From Felis catus (lineage: Eukaryota), in contig NC_058368.1 of assembly GCF_018350175.1 (NCBI RefSeq), forward strand, positions 120,654,001 through 120,718,000: DNA of 64,000 bases. Reading direction: 5' to 3'. The notes beneath the pieces were generated by a model. That model worked only from the letters and a program-made list of their open reading frames with translations. It was not told where the DNA came from and did not search any database. How positions within the stretch are numbered: position 1 is the stretch's first letter; the number at the start of each line of letters is the position of its first letter. The position numbers and the translations under genes were made by a program. Below are positions 12,801-26,700 of this stretch, one piece after another.

Positions 12801-13652
12801 AACTTCTTACTTGACACATCTCCAAAGTCAAGGGAATTAAAAGCAAAAATGAACTATTGGGACCTCATCAAAATAAAAAGCTTCTGCACTGCAAAGGAAA
12901 CAATCAACAAAACTAAAAGGCAACCGACAGAATGGGAAAAGATATTAGCAAATGACATATTGGACAAGGGCTAGTATCCAAAATCTATAAAGAACTCACC
13001 AAACTCCACACACGGAAAACAAATAATCAGTGAAGAAGTGGGCAGAAAACATGAATAGACACTTCTCTAAAGAAGACATCCAGATGGCCACAAGGCACAT
13101 GAAAAGATGCTCAATGTCGCTCCTCACCAGGGAAATACAAATCAAAACCACACTCAGATATCACCTCACACCAGTCAGAGTGGCCAAAATGAACAAATCA
13201 GGAGACTAGAGATGCTGGAGAAGATATGGAGAAACGGGAACCCTCTTGCACTGTTGGTGGGAATGCAAACTGGTGCAGCCGCTCTGGAAAACAGTGTGGA
13301 GGTTCCTCAAAAAATTAAAAATAGACCTACCCTATGACCCAGCAGTAGCACTGCTAGGAATTTACCCAAGGGATACAGGAGTGCTGATGCACAGGGGCAC
13401 TTGTACCCCAATGTTTATAGCAGCACTCTCAACAATAGCCAAATTATGGAAAGAGCCTAAATGTCCATCAACTGATGAAAGGATAAAGAAATTGTGGTTT
13501 ATATATACATGGAGTACTATGTGGCAATGAGAAAGAATGAAATATGGCCCTTTATAGCAACGTGGATGGAACTGGAGAGTGTTATGCTAAGTGAAATAAG
13601 CCATACAAAGAAAGACAGCTACCATATGTTTTCATTCTTATATGGATCCTGA
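9818..13652 (+). pseudogene. L1 ORF2p (endonuclease/reverse transcriptase), multiply disrupted
   Basis: EN motifs (CCLQETH, GDFNTP, SDHNAMKLE), RT motifs ([30 protein letters not shown] at ~11926-11940), C-terminal HCWWECK; several frameshifts and stops. Confidence 0.95.
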
Positions 13653-13907
13653 GAAACTTAACAGAAACCCATGGGGGAGGGGAAGGAAAAAAAAAGTTTA
13701 GAGTGGGAGAGAGCCAAAGCATAAGAGACTCTTGAAAACTGAGAACAAACTGAGGGTTGATGGGGGGTGGGAGGGAGGGGAGGGTAGGTGATGGGCATTG
13801 AAGAGGGCATCTTTTGGGATGAGCACTGGGTGTTGTATGGAAACCAATTTGACATTAAAATTCATATATTTAAATAAATAAATAAACAAACAAACAAATT
13901 AATGCTG

Positions 13908-14410
13908 AAATTTCAGGGGCTTTTAGAACCAAAAGTTTATTTCTCATTCACTCTAAGTCCAAAGAGTGTTTGGCAGGGGCTCAGCTCTCCAAGGTTTATC
14001 AGGGACCTAGGCTGACAATTTACAACATTTTATAATGCCACAATCTCATACATGGTTTCAGGAGTTCGCCAGGGCCAAAGAAGAGAGGAGCCAGAGTGTT
14101 ATCAGGGCTGCTTCCTAGCATGCAAATGCATAGTCTCCTACTCACCCACCCATTCTGCACTTACAAGGGCTTACATTTGGTTTCATGCTCTATTGTTGCT
14201 GTCTTGAAATTCATCATTTTCTAACAAAAGGCTTCACATTTTCATTTTGCAGCAGGCCCAAAAAATTATGTACTCAATCCAGAAAGTTGCAGACGAACTC
14301 TTCTGGCTATTCCTTCCACCCACTGATCTACACCAATGGCCAACCTGCAGGCCATGTATGGCCTTGATTTTTGCAAAGGTGGCTGGCAAATGTAGTTTTC
14401 TATACATTGG
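13908..14410 (-). mobile_element. MaLR (MLT1J/K-like) LTR remnant; its first ~30 bp lie left of the L1 (~7955-7991)
   Basis: aaatttcaggggcttttagaaccaaaagtttatttctcattcac...cagggacctaggctgac...ggtggctggcaaatgtagtt resembles the MLT1 consensus; split by the L1 and by MER91A. Confidence 0.55.
14103..14282. mobile_element. MER91A-like non-autonomous hAT DNA transposon
   Basis: cagggctgcttcc...ttggtttcatgctctattgttgctgtcttgaaattc...cacattttcattttgcagcaggcccaaaaaattatgta. Confidence 0.65.
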
Positions 14411-14929
14411 TTGCTCATGAGCAAATGTTATTTTCCCTGCCACATGAAATTGTCTAAGCAATAAGCCAAATTCCACAGAAAGCTACTATGCTAAGAGTTA
14501 TACAGTCTGACAAAGGAACAGTTTATATTTTATGCAGCCAGGCATGTTTAATAATTCCTGTACACCCAGGTTCTAGATGACATGGGAGAACATGGAAAGA
14601 TAGGAAGTACTTGCTTTCTAGAACCTTATATTTTTGAGTAGCATTTTTCATGCTTTAATGCACATACAAATCCCCTGAGTGAAATGGAAATCCTAACTTG
14701 ATAGCTTTGAGAAGGGGCCAATGACTCTGCATTTCTGATAAGCTCTGAAGTTCTTCCAATGTTACCAGCCAAAGAACCACACTTCAGATATCAAGGTTCT
14801 AGGTAATACCATGAAACATAAAGTAACAAGAAATCAGTGCAATGTATAATTAAAAGTACTTCTGCCAAATACTCATCCAGTAAACAAAAAAACATTCAGT
14901 TTGTTCTGATTATTGAAAATATTACATAA

Positions 14930-15134
14930 GGGGCGCCTGCGTGGCTCCATTGGTTAAACGTCCTACTTTGGCTCAAGTCATGATCTTGCGGTTCATGAGT
15001 TCGAGTCCCACATCAGGCTCTGTGCTGACAGCTCAGAGCCTGGGGCCTGCTTCAGATTCTATGTCTCCCTCTATGTCCCTGTCCCTCCCCCTCTTGCGCT
15101 CTGTTTCTTTCTCTCAAAAATAAACAAACATTAA
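14930..15134 (+). mobile_element. Can-SINE
   Basis: ggggcgcctgcgtggctccattggttaaacg...gttcgagtccca...(CT)n, aataaa tail; degenerate TSD aaaatatt. Confidence 0.95.
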
Positions 15135-16427
15135 AAAATATTTTATGAAGTTTTTTCTGTTGGAGATATTTATCTTTGAGCAAATTCGTTTTCTTTGCAT
15201 TTCCAATATGCTTGCATTATTAATTTGAGAAAGGAACAAAGGGCTCTTCTTATCTGCAGGTTTATTCTTGGTCTGCTTCCATAATTGATAGTGTCAAAGA
15301 AGTGTGATTAACACTCCATTTGTGAAAACCCTCTCACCTCAGAATGCACAATTTGGCAAAATCTTCTCCAGCATCTATTCCCAGACAATAGCCTCTTTGT
15401 TCTGCTCAGCCATACTATAATGGGTATTGTGGGATCCCATGAGGCAGTGTTGGCAGGCAAGAGATTGGAAGGCGGGCTTATTTGGAATAGTAGCAGGAAG
15501 GATGTATTTTCACTTCAGTAGAAGGTGGCTAGCCAACAACCTGACTAGGCAGAGAAATATTCATCTTGTTTCTGCCCCAACTCTCAGCACCTAAAAAGTT
15601 GCAGCATTACGTTACTTGGCTAACTTCATGGTTTTAAAACAGAAAAGTCAAACGGTTTACGTAAGTACCAAGGTATAGTATGCCAAAATTGAGAGAAGGC
15701 ATCAGCATCGTGGTGGTGTGAATTATACCTTTTTTTTCCTCCCCTTTGATTTACAATGAATCCAACTTCCATTACCACAACAAAGTTCCTTTGTGCAGCA
15801 CACCAGGACACTTAAGGGATCTAACCACTGGTGCTTCAAGAAGTGGGTGAACCGGACCCTGGAGCAGGCAGCAGAACGAAGGAAATGCGGTGGAGCTGCT
15901 GGGGCAGAGGCAGTGAGAGCAGAGAAAGCAGTGGCCAGCCAGGCACAGAGCCAGCATGACCATTCTAGCAGGGGAGAGGAAACATGAAGGAATGAGTAGG
16001 AGTCTGCCCTGTAGGCCATGTGCCTTATAGCTGTAGGGACCAGTTGCTCTCTCAGGAGATAATATGTGAATCAGGGAAGGGAAAGGAAAGAGATATAGGC
16101 AGACAAAAAGAGATGAAGGACAGCATCTCCTGCTATGTGCCCCAAGGGCAAGAGGATCACCCACAGATCTTAGGAACTTGAGGATCCCCCATAGGGCCAT
16201 GGGCACACTCAGTATATCAAGTGCTAAGTACATACTCACCCCACTTGTGCCACTGCCATTTCTTTTTTTCTCTTTCTCTTTTTTTTTTCAATATGCTGGC
16301 TCCCAATCTTAGCTGGGAGTCACCTCCCTTAAGAGAGACTAAACCCTTGTGTTACAGCACCATGCTCTGGAAAATAAGGGTAGGGCTATTATCAACCTGT
16401 AGAACTCTTCAAATCAAAGTAAACAAA

Positions 16428-17019
16428 TATTAAAGCATTATTTACAATAGCAAAGGTTTGAAAGCATCCTAAGTGTCTATTAATAGACAAGTAGATAAGG
16501 AAGATGTGGTATATGTACACACACAGTCAAGCACACATGTGCTGAAATATTACACACATAAAAAAGGATGAGATTATGCCATTTATGACAACACGGATGA
16601 ACCTGGAGGGTATTATACTAAGCGAAGTAAGTCAGACTCAGAAAGACAAATAACATATGATTTCACTCATATGCAGAATCTGAAAGAATAAATGAGGAAA
16701 AAGACAAAAAAGCAGAATCAGACTTATAAATACAGAGAATAAACTGATGGTTGCTAGAGAGGAGGCAAGTGGAGGGATGGAAAAAGGGAGTGAAGTGGAG
16801 TGGGAGATAGAGGATTTGAGCTATGGAATGAAGTCACAGGAATACATAATATACTAGTCAGTGTTATAGTAGTGTTGTATGGTGATAGATGGTAGCTACA
16901 CTTGTGGTGAGCACAGTATAACATATGAAGAGATTAAATCATGATGTTGTACAACTAGAATTAATGTAACATTGTGTGTCAACTATACTTAAATTAAAAA
17001 AAAAACAATTTTCATAATG
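16428..17019 (+). mobile_element. 5'-truncated L1 (ORF2 end plus 3'UTR, L1_Carn-like) inserted in the 5'UTR of the older L1
   Basis: gcattatttacaatagc...gtgtgtcaactatacttaaattaaaaa; TSD aatcaaa/cgtaaacaaa at 16412-16427 and 17020-17035 (1 mismatch). Confidence 0.85.
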
Positions 17020-18145
17020 AATCAACGTAAACAAAGCCTTCTCTAAATAAGAAAGGTGTTCACTTCTTCAAATGTAGTGGCAGAGTCACTTCTCATCAAA
17101 AGTCATGGAAAAATCTTGGTAATATGTATCACAGAAAGAAAATGACAACTTTCCAACAATCAAACCCAAAGACAGGAAATAGTGTCATCTAATGAATAAA
17201 GAACTAAAAAATAGCAGTTATGAAGAAATTTACCAAGCTACAAGAAAACTCAGAAAGGTGATACAATAATCTCAGGATAAAATTAATGAGCAGAAAAAGT
17301 ACTTTACCAAAAAGATTAAAATTCTAAAAATGAACCACACAAATTCTGGAGCTGAAGAAATCAGTAAAATGAAAAATGCATTAGAATGCATTGGAAGGAG
17401 GCTGATTATATGGAAGAGAATTAATGAGCTTGAGGATACAAATATAGAAATGGTGGAAAGGGAGAACTAAAATTTTTCAGGTGGAAAAGGAGAACTAAAA
17501 TTTTTTAAAGATGAACATTTTTAAAACCCTATGAGAACTGTCTGACTCCATTAGAAAAGCCAAGAAAAAAATAATAGGCATCCCAGAAGAAGGAGAAGGG
17601 AACAATGGAGCAGAGAGCATATTTAAAGAAATAATAGCTGAGCATTTCCCAAATCTGGGGAAGAAACTGGATATACAAGTCTAGGAAGCTAATAGAACAC
17701 CTTATTATCTGAATGCAAAAAGACCTTCTTTAAGACCTATTACATTTAAATTGTCTAAAGTCAATGATAAAGAAACAATTTTCACGGCAGCCAAGGGAAA
17801 ATAAAATGGTAACCTATAAAGGTACCCGCATTAAGCTATCAGATTTACCAGTAGAAACTCTATAGAACAGTAGAGAGAGGATGACATATTCAAAATACTG
17901 AAAGATAAAAAAAACCTGCCAGCCACATTTCCTTCTGGCAAAATTATATATGGAAGAGAAATAAAGGATTTCCCAGACACAGAAATACTGAGGGAGTTCA
18001 TCACTCTAGACCTACCTTACAAGAAATACTGGAAGGAACTCTTCAAGTTGAAACAAACACAAAAGTATATGAAACTCTGATTGAGGTGATAAACAGTCAG
18101 AATTAGAAAACTTTAACTATTTTTTACAATAGCATATTAAACTCT

Positions 18146-18363
18146 GGGGTGTCTGGGTGGCTTGGACAGTTCATCCCATTTCAGCTCAGGTTCACGGTCT
18201 CACATTTGGTGAGTTTGAGCCCTGCATCAGGCTCTCTTCTGTCAGCACAGAGCCCACTTCAGATCTTCTGTCTCCCTTTCTCTCTGTCCCTCCCCCACTT
18301 AATGCCCTCTCTCTCCCTCTCAAAATTCAACATTAAAAAACAGTATTATTAATAAATTAAGAG
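18146..18363 (+). mobile_element. Can-SINE nested in the older L1
   Basis: Head ggggtgtctgggtggct; TSD tattaaactct at 18135-18145 and 18364-18374. Confidence 0.9.
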
Positions 18364-21300
18364 TATTAAACTCTTAACTATAGCATAAAATCTAAAGGAA
18401 AAGAATATTAAAAATAACTACTACAACTTAGTAACAAACTCATGCATAAAAACAGGTAATTTGTGACATCAAAAATATAAAAGGGGAAGAGTAAAAGGAT
18501 GGAATATTTATAGGTGAATGAAGATAAACTGCTCTCAACAGAAAAGGGACTATTTTATCTATTAAATGCTTTATGAAAACATAGCAACCACAAGGCAGAA
18601 ATCTACAGCAGAGACAATAAAAAAAAAAAAGGAGACTGAGCAAATGACCATAGAAAATCATCAGCTTACAAAGGTAGAAACAGAAGGGAAAACAAACAGT
18701 GGAGAAACAAAATAACCAAAAGGCAAAAGATAAAAAGGCATTAGTAAATCTTTACATATTAATAATTACCCTAAACATGCGTGGATTTAACTCACCCATA
18801 AAAAGGCACAGTAGCTGTATGAATAAAACACAAGACTCAAATATATTCTGTCTACAGGAGACTCATTCGAGCTCTAAAGACACACATAGATTCAAAGTGA
18901 AATGATGGAAGATGATATTCCAAGAAAATGGAAATGAAAAGAAGGCAGGTGTAGCCATGCTTCCATCAGATGAAATAGACTTGAAGACAAAAAGAGTACA
19001 AGAAAACAGATCATGATATAATGATAAAGAGGTCAGTACATGAAGAAGATATAATCACTGTAAATATGTACACTGCCAGCAGCCAAGCACCAAAATAAAT
19101 TAAGCAATGAAAAACAGATCCTAAGAGAGAAATAGTCAACAATACAATAATTGTGAGGGACTTCGATATTCTGCTACCCATAATGGATAAACTTTACATA
19201 TAGAAAATCAATACGGAATTATTAGAACCACACTTTAGAACAAATTGACTTAATACACATACACAGAATATTCTATCCAACAGCAGCAGAATACACATTC
19301 TTCTCAAGAAAAAGAGTAAAATGACAAGATCTACAGATATATGAAAGCTAAACAATACACTTCTAAGTGACACTTGGGTCAAAAATATCAAAAGGGAAAT
19401 TAAAAAAAATACGTTGAAACAATGAAAATGAAAGCATAATGTATCAAATATTATAAGATGTATCAAAAACAGCTCTGAGAAGAAAGTTATAGCAATAAAC
19501 ACATATATTAAAAAATTGGAAAGATCTCAACAACCTAACTTTACACATCAAGTTACCAGAAAAAAAAAAAATTAAGCCAGAGTTGGCAGAAAGAAGAAAA
19601 TAATAAGGATCTAAGGGGAAATAAGTGAAATAAAACCCAGAATAACAATAGAAAGGATAAATAAAACTAAGAGCTGGTTCTTCGAAAAGATAAACAAAAC
19701 TGATCTTTAACTAGACTAAGAAAAAAATTCAAACTTAGATAAGAAAGAGGATACATTTTACAACTGACATTACATAAAAATCATAAAAGACTAGTATCAA
19801 CAATTATATGCCAACAAATGAACACATTTGTGGAAACACAGAACCTACAAGACTGATTCAAGAAAAAAAATAGAAAATCTGAACAGATCAATAACAAGTA
19901 AAAAGATCCAAACAGTAATCAAAAGTCTTCCAACTCAGAAAGCTCCAGGACTAAATGGCTTTATTGGAGAATTCTACACAACCTTTAAAAAAGAATTAAC
20001 ATCAATCCTCCTCAAACTCTTCCAAAAAATTCAACAGGAGGGAATACTTCCAAACTCATTCTATGATGAAGCCGGTGTTACTTTCATATCAAAACCAGAT
20101 AAGGATAGCACAAGAAAACTATAGACTAGTATCTCTGATGATCATAAATGCAAATTTCTCAACAAAATATTACCAAACTGAATTCAAGAACATATCAAAG
20201 GATTATACACCATGACCAGATGAGATTTATCTCTGGGATAAAATACTGTTCAATATTCACATATCAATAAATTCAATGCATCACATCAATAAAGTGAAAG
20301 ATAAAAATCACATTATTATCTCAATAGATGCAGAAAAACATTTAACAAAATACAGTATCCTTTCAGGATACAACTCTTAACAGACTAGATATAGAAGGAA
20401 CTTACCTCAACATAATAAAGGCTGTGTGTAACAAACCCATGGCTAACATTATAATTAAGGGAGGAAATTTGAAAATGTTTCCACTAAGATTAGGAACAAG
20501 GGAACAATGCCCTTCTCAACATTCCTATTTAATATAGTACTTGAAGTCCTGGCCACAGCAATTAGGCAGGACAAAGAAATAAAAGGCATCCAAATTATAA
20601 AGTAAGAAGTACAACTGTCATCTTTGTTAATAATATTCCAAAGAGTGCATCAGAAAAAATGTCGGAATTAGTCAATGACTTCAGTAAAGTGACAAGCTAC
20701 AATATCAACACACAAAAATCAACCTCTTTCCTTTAAACAAATGATGAAACATCTGAAAAACAAAGAGTTATCCCATTCACAACAGCATCAAAAATAATAA
20801 AATACTGGTCTGGCTGCAAAAGAGAAAGGGCAGGACCCTGTGAGTTCTGACAGCCAGTGAAACTTAACATCTGGAATGATAAAAGTCAACAGCTCTGCTC
20901 TCAGAGAGCAGGGAGGATGAGGGGACACAGGGAGGGAGAGCTATTGAGCCCCAGAAGACAGAGCTCAGCTCAGCTCAGTGGGGGAACAAAGACGCCGGCA
21001 AGCACCATCTCCTTCTCCCATCCCACAGCGGAAACCCCAAAGGGAACCAGTTCCCATCACTGAACTTGCTTGCATCGCGCAAACACCCAACACTGTGCTT
21101 CTGTGGATCCATCCCTCTGACGGGTCTGCCTCCCTCCTGGTGCTGCAGGGCCCCTCTCACAGGGGACCACCTACAGCAAAGTGAGCTAAGCCTGTCCCTC
21201 CCGCCCTTGTGCACCTTGCCGATCCACCCCAGCTAATACGCCAGATCCCATCAAAGAAGCACCACCAGCCTGGTAGTGTGCAAGTAGTCCAGACAGGGGC

Positions 21301-21492
21301 CATACCACCCCATAGTGAGTCCTACCCCTGGGAGAGGGGAAGGTAAGGTACACACCAGTCTGACTGTGGCCCCACCGGTGGGCTGGGGGCAGACATCAGG
21401 TCTGACTGCGGCCCCTCCCACCAGCACAAGTTACTTCGGACAGCACAGGGGAAGTGCCCTGCAGTTTGGAGCCACTGCAGGGACTACCCAAA

Positions 21493-22370
21493 ATGACAAA
21501 ACGGAAGAATTCTCCTCAAAAGAAACTCCAGGAAGTAGCGACAGCTAACGAATTGATCAAAAACGATGTAAGTAATATAATGGAACAAGAATTTAGGATA
21601 ATAGTCATAAAATTAATTGCTGGGCTTGAAAAAGTATACAGGACAGCAGAAAATCTATTGCTACAGAGATTAAGGGACTAAGAAATAGTCATCAGGAGCT
21701 AAAATATGCTATAAACGAGGTGTAAAATAAAATGGAGGCAACCACAGAGGCAGAGGAGAGAATAGGTGAATTAGAAAATTAAATTATGCAAAAATAGGAA
21801 GCTAAGAAAAAGAGAGATAAAAAAATCCAGGAGTATGAGGGGAGAATTAGAGAACTAAGTGATGCAATCAAATGGAACAATATCCATATAATAGGAATTC
21901 CAGAAGAGGAAGAGAGAGAGAAAGGGTCTGAAGGTGTACTTGACTAAATCATAGCTGAGAACTTCCCTGATTTGGGGAAAAAAAGGCATTGATCCAAGAG
22001 GCACAGAGAACTCCCTTCAGACATAACTTGAATCAATCTTCTGCATGACATATCATAGTGAAACTGGCAAAATACAAGGATAAAGAGAAAATTCTGAAAG
22101 CAGCTAGGGATAAACAGGCTCTAACTTACAAGGGGAGACCCATAAGAGTAGTGGCAGACCTTTCTACTGAAACTTGGCAGGCCAGAAAGGAATGGCAGGA
22201 AATCTTCAATGTAATGAACAGAAAAAAAAATGCAGTCAACGATCCTTTACCCAGCAAGTCTGTCATTCAGAATAGAAGGACAGATAAAGGTTATCCAAAA
22301 CAAACAAAAACTAAAGGAATTCATCACCACTAAACCAGCCCTGCAAGAGATCCTAAGGGGGACTCTGTGA
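21493..22370 (+). pseudogene. L1 ORF1p, disrupted
   Basis: MTKRKNSPQKKLQEV..., KLAKYKDKEKILKAARDK; several frameshifts and stops. Confidence 0.9.
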
Positions 22371-22823
22371 GTGAAATGTTTCAAGGACCACAAAGTACCA
22401 GAGACACCACTACAAGAATGAAACCTACAGACATCACTATGACTCTAAACCCATATCTTTCAATAATAACACTGAATGTGAATAGACTCAGTGCTCCAAC
22501 CAAAAGACATAGGGTATCAGAAAGGATAAAAAAAAGACCCATCTATTTGCTGTGTACAGGAGACTCATTTTAGACCTGAGGAGACCTTCAGATTGTAAGT
22601 GAGGGGATGGAGAACTATCTATCATGCTACTGGAAGTCAAAAGAAAGCTGGAGTAGCCATACTTATATAAGATAAACTAGACTTTAAATTAAAGGTTGTA
22701 ACAAGAGATGAGGAAGGGCATTATATAATAATTACAGGGCCTATCCATCAGGAAGAGCTAACAATTACAAATGCCTATGTGCCAAATAAGGGAGCCCCCA
22801 AATATATAAAACAATCACAAACA

Positions 22824-23050
22824 GGGGTGCCTGGGTGGCGCAGTCGGTTAAGCGTCCGACTTCAGCCAGGTCACGATCTCGCGGTCCATGAGTTCGAGCC
22901 CCGCGTCAGGCTCTGGGCTGATGGCTCGGAGCCTGGAGCCTGTTTCCGATTCTGTGTCTCCCTCTCTCTCTGCCCCTCCCCCGTTCATGCTCTGTCTCTC
23001 TCTGTCCCAAAAATAAATACAAATGCTGAAAAAAAAAATTAAAAAAAAAA
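22824..23050 (+). mobile_element. Young felid Can-SINE inside L1 ORF2
   Basis: TSD aaaacaatcacaaac/ta at 22808-22823 and 23051-23066. Confidence 0.97.
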
Positions 23051-23500
23051 AAAACAATCACAAATATAAGCAACCTTATTGACAAGAATGTGGTAATTGC
23101 AGGGGACTTTAATACCCCACTTACAACAATGGATAAATCATCTAGACAAAGAACCAATAAAGAAACAAGGGCCCTGATGATACATGGGACCATACGGACT
23201 TGACATATATATTTAGAACCCTTCATGCCAAAGCAACAGAATATACTTTCTTCTCGAGTGCACATGGAACTTTCTCCAAGACAGATCACATACTGGGTCA
23301 CAAAACAGCCCTTAATAACTATAAAAAAAATTAAGATCATACCATGCATACTTTCAGACCATAATGCTATGAAACTTCAAATCAACCACAGGAAAAAGTC
23401 TGGAAAACCTCCAAAAGCATGGAGGTTAAGTAACACCCCACTAAAGAATGAATGGGTCAACCAGGCAATTAGAGAAGAAATTTAAAAATATATGGGAATC

Positions 23501-23721
23501 GGGGCGCCTGGGTGGCGCAGTCGGTTAAGCGTCCAACTTCAGCCAGGTCACGATCTCGCGGTCCGTGAGTTTGAGCCCCGCGTCAGGCTCTGGCTGATGG
23601 CTCGGAGCCTGGAGCCTGTTTCCGATGCTGTGTCTCCCTCTCTCTCTGCCCCTCCCCCGTTCATGCTCTGTCTCTCTCTGTCCCAAAAATAAATAAAAAA
23701 CGTTGAAAAAAAATTTTTTTT
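23501..23721 (+). mobile_element. Young felid Can-SINE inside L1 ORF2
   Basis: TSD aaatatatgggaa at 23486-23498 and 23722-23734. Confidence 0.97.
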
Positions 23722-26700
23722 AAATATATGGGAACAAATGAAAATGAAATACAACAATCTAAACACTTTGGGATGCAGCAAAGGCAGTCCTGAGAGGAAA
23801 ATGCATTGCAATCCAGACCTATCTTAAGAAACAAGAAAAATCCCAGATAAAAAATCTAACAGCACACCTAAAGGAAATAGAAGCAGAGCAGCAAAGACAC
23901 CCCAAACCCAACAGAAGAAGAGAAATAATAAAGATCAGAGCAGAAATAAACAATATAGAATCTAAAAAAAAACTGTAGAACAGATCGATGAAACCAAGAG
24001 TTGTTTTTTTGGAAAATTTAACAAAATTGATAAACCTCTAGCCAGGCTTCTGAAAAAAAAAAAAGGGAGAGGACACAAATAGATAAAATCACAAATGAAA
24101 ATGGAATTATTACAACCAATCCCTCAGAAATACAAGCAATTATCAGGGAATACTATGAAAAATTATATGCCAACAAACTGGACAACCTGGAAGAAATGGA
24201 CAAATTCCTAAGCACCCACACACTTCCAAAACTCAAACAGGAAGAAATAGAAAACTTGAATAGACCATAACCAGCAAAGAAATTGAATCAGTTATCAAAA
24301 ATCTCCCAACAAATAAGAGTCCAGGACCAGATGGCTTCCCTGGGGAATTCTACCAGACATTTAAAGCAGAGATAATAACTATCCTTCTCAAGTTATTCCA
24401 AAAAACAGAAATGGAAGGAAAACTTCCAGACTCATTCTATGAAGCCAGTGCTACATTGATTCCCAAACCAGACAGAGACCCAGTAAACAAAGAGAACTAC
24501 AGGCCAATATCCCTGATGAATATGGATGCAAAAATTCTCGATAAGATACTAGCAAATTGAATTCAACAGCATATAAAAAGAATTATTCACCATGATCAAG
24601 TGGGAGTCATTCCTGGGATGCAGGGCTGGTTCACATTCACAAAACAAACAATGTGATACATCACATTAATAAAAGAAAAGTACCATATGATCCTGTCAAT
24701 CGATGCAGAAAAAGCATTTGACAAAATTCAGCATCGTTTCTTAATAAAAACCCTCAAGAAAGTCGGGATAGAAGGAACATACTTAAACATCATGAAAGCC
24801 ATTTATGAAAAGCCCACAGCTAACATCATCCTCAATGGGGAAAAACTGAGAGCTTTCCCCGTGAGATCAGGAACATGACAGGGATGTCCACCCTCACCTC
24901 TGTTCAACATAGTGTTGGAAGTGCTAGCATCAGCAATCAGGCAACAAAAGGAAATCAAAGGCATCAAAATTGGCAAAGATGAAGTCAAGCTTTCACTTTT
25001 TGCAGATGACATGATATTATATATGGAAAATCCAATAGACTCCACCAAAAGTCTGTAGAACTGATGCATGAATTCAGCAAAGTCGCAGGATACAAAATCA
25101 ATGTACAGAAATCAGTTGCATTCTTATACACTAATAATGAAGCAACAGAAAGACAAATAAAGAAACTGATCCGCTTCACAACTGCACCAAGAATCATAAA
25201 ATACCTAGCAATAAATCTAACCAAAGATGTACAAGATCTGTATGCTGAAAAGTATAGAAAGCTTATGAAGGAAACTGAAGAATATATAAAGAAGTGGAAA
25301 GACATTCCGTGATCATGGATTGGAAGAATAAATATTGCTAAAATGTCAATGCTACCCAAAGCTATCTACACATTCAATGCAATCCCAATCAAAATTGCAC
25401 CAGCATTCTTCTTGAAGCTAGAACAAGCAATCCTAAAATTCATATGGAACCACAAAAGACCCCGAGTAGCCAAAGTAATTTTGAAGAAGACCAAAGAGGG
25501 AGGCATCACAATCCCAGACTTTAGCCTCTACTACAAAGCTGTGATCATCAAGACAGCATGGTATTGGCACAAAAACAGACACATAGACCAATGGAATAGA
25601 ATAGAAACCCCAGAACTAGACCCACAAAAGAAAGTATGGCCGACTAATCTTTGACAAAGCAGGAAAGAATATCCAATGGAAAAAAGACAGTCTCTTTAAC
25701 AAATGGTGCTGGGAGAACTGGACAGCAACATGCAGAAGAATGAAACTAGACCACGTTCTTACACCATTCACAAAAATAAACTCAAAATGGATGAAGAACC
25801 TGAAAGTGAGACAGAAAACCATCAAAACCCTAGAGGAGAAATCAGGAAAAGACCTCTCTGACCTCAGCCACAGCAACTTCTTACTTGACACATCTCCAAA
25901 GTCAAGGGAATTAAAAGCAAAAATGAACTATTGGGACCTCATCAAAATAAAAAGCTTCTGCACTGTAAAGGAAACAATCAACAAAACTAAAAGGCAACTG
26001 ACAGAATGGGAAAAGATATTTGCAAATGACATATTGGACAAAGGGCTAGTATCCAAAATCTATAAAGAACTCACCAAACTCCACACATGGAAAACAAATA
26101 ATCAGCGAAGAAGTGGGCAGAAAACATGAATAGACACTTCTCTAAAGAAGACATCCGGATGGCCAACAGGCACATGAAAAGATGCTCAATGTCGCTCCTC
26201 ATCAGGGAAATACAAATCAAAACCACACTCAGGTATCACCTCACGCCAGTCAGAGTGGCCAAAATGAACAAATCAGGAGACCATAGATGCTGGAGAGGAT
26301 ATGGAGAAACGGGAACCCTCTTGCACTGTTGGTGGGAATGCAAACTGGTGCAGCCGCTCTGGAAAACAGTGTGGAGGTTCCTCAAAAAATTAAAAATAGA
26401 CCTACCCTATGACCCAGCAGTAGCACTGCTAGGAATTTACCCAAGGGATACAGGAGTGCTGATGCATAGGGGCACTTGTACCCCAATGTTTATAGCAGCA
26501 CTTTCAACAATAGCCAAATTATGGAAAGAGCCTTAATGTTCATCAACTGATGAATGGATAAAGAAATTGTGGTTTATATACACAGTGGAATACTACGTGG
26601 CAATGAGAAAGAATGAAATATGGCCTTTTGTAGCAATGTGGACGGAAATGCTAAGTGTTATGCTAAGTGAAATAAGTCATACAGAGAAAGATACCATATG

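Larger units (their letters stand above)
7992..13892 (+). mobile_element. Full-length young felid LINE-1 (L1_Fc-like), retrotransposition-defective
   Basis: GC-rich 5'UTR, ORF1, ORF2, G-rich 3'UTR and (TAAA/CAAA)n tail; perfect 15-bp TSD aacaaattaatgctg at 7977-7991 and 13893-13907, preceded by TT (L1 endonuclease-type site). Confidence 0.98.

Noticed and set aside
16240..16366. Minus-strand AG...GTGAGT exon-like segment
   Set aside because: Stops in all three frames, and it lies in the putative L1 5'UTR; no support beyond splice-like motifs.
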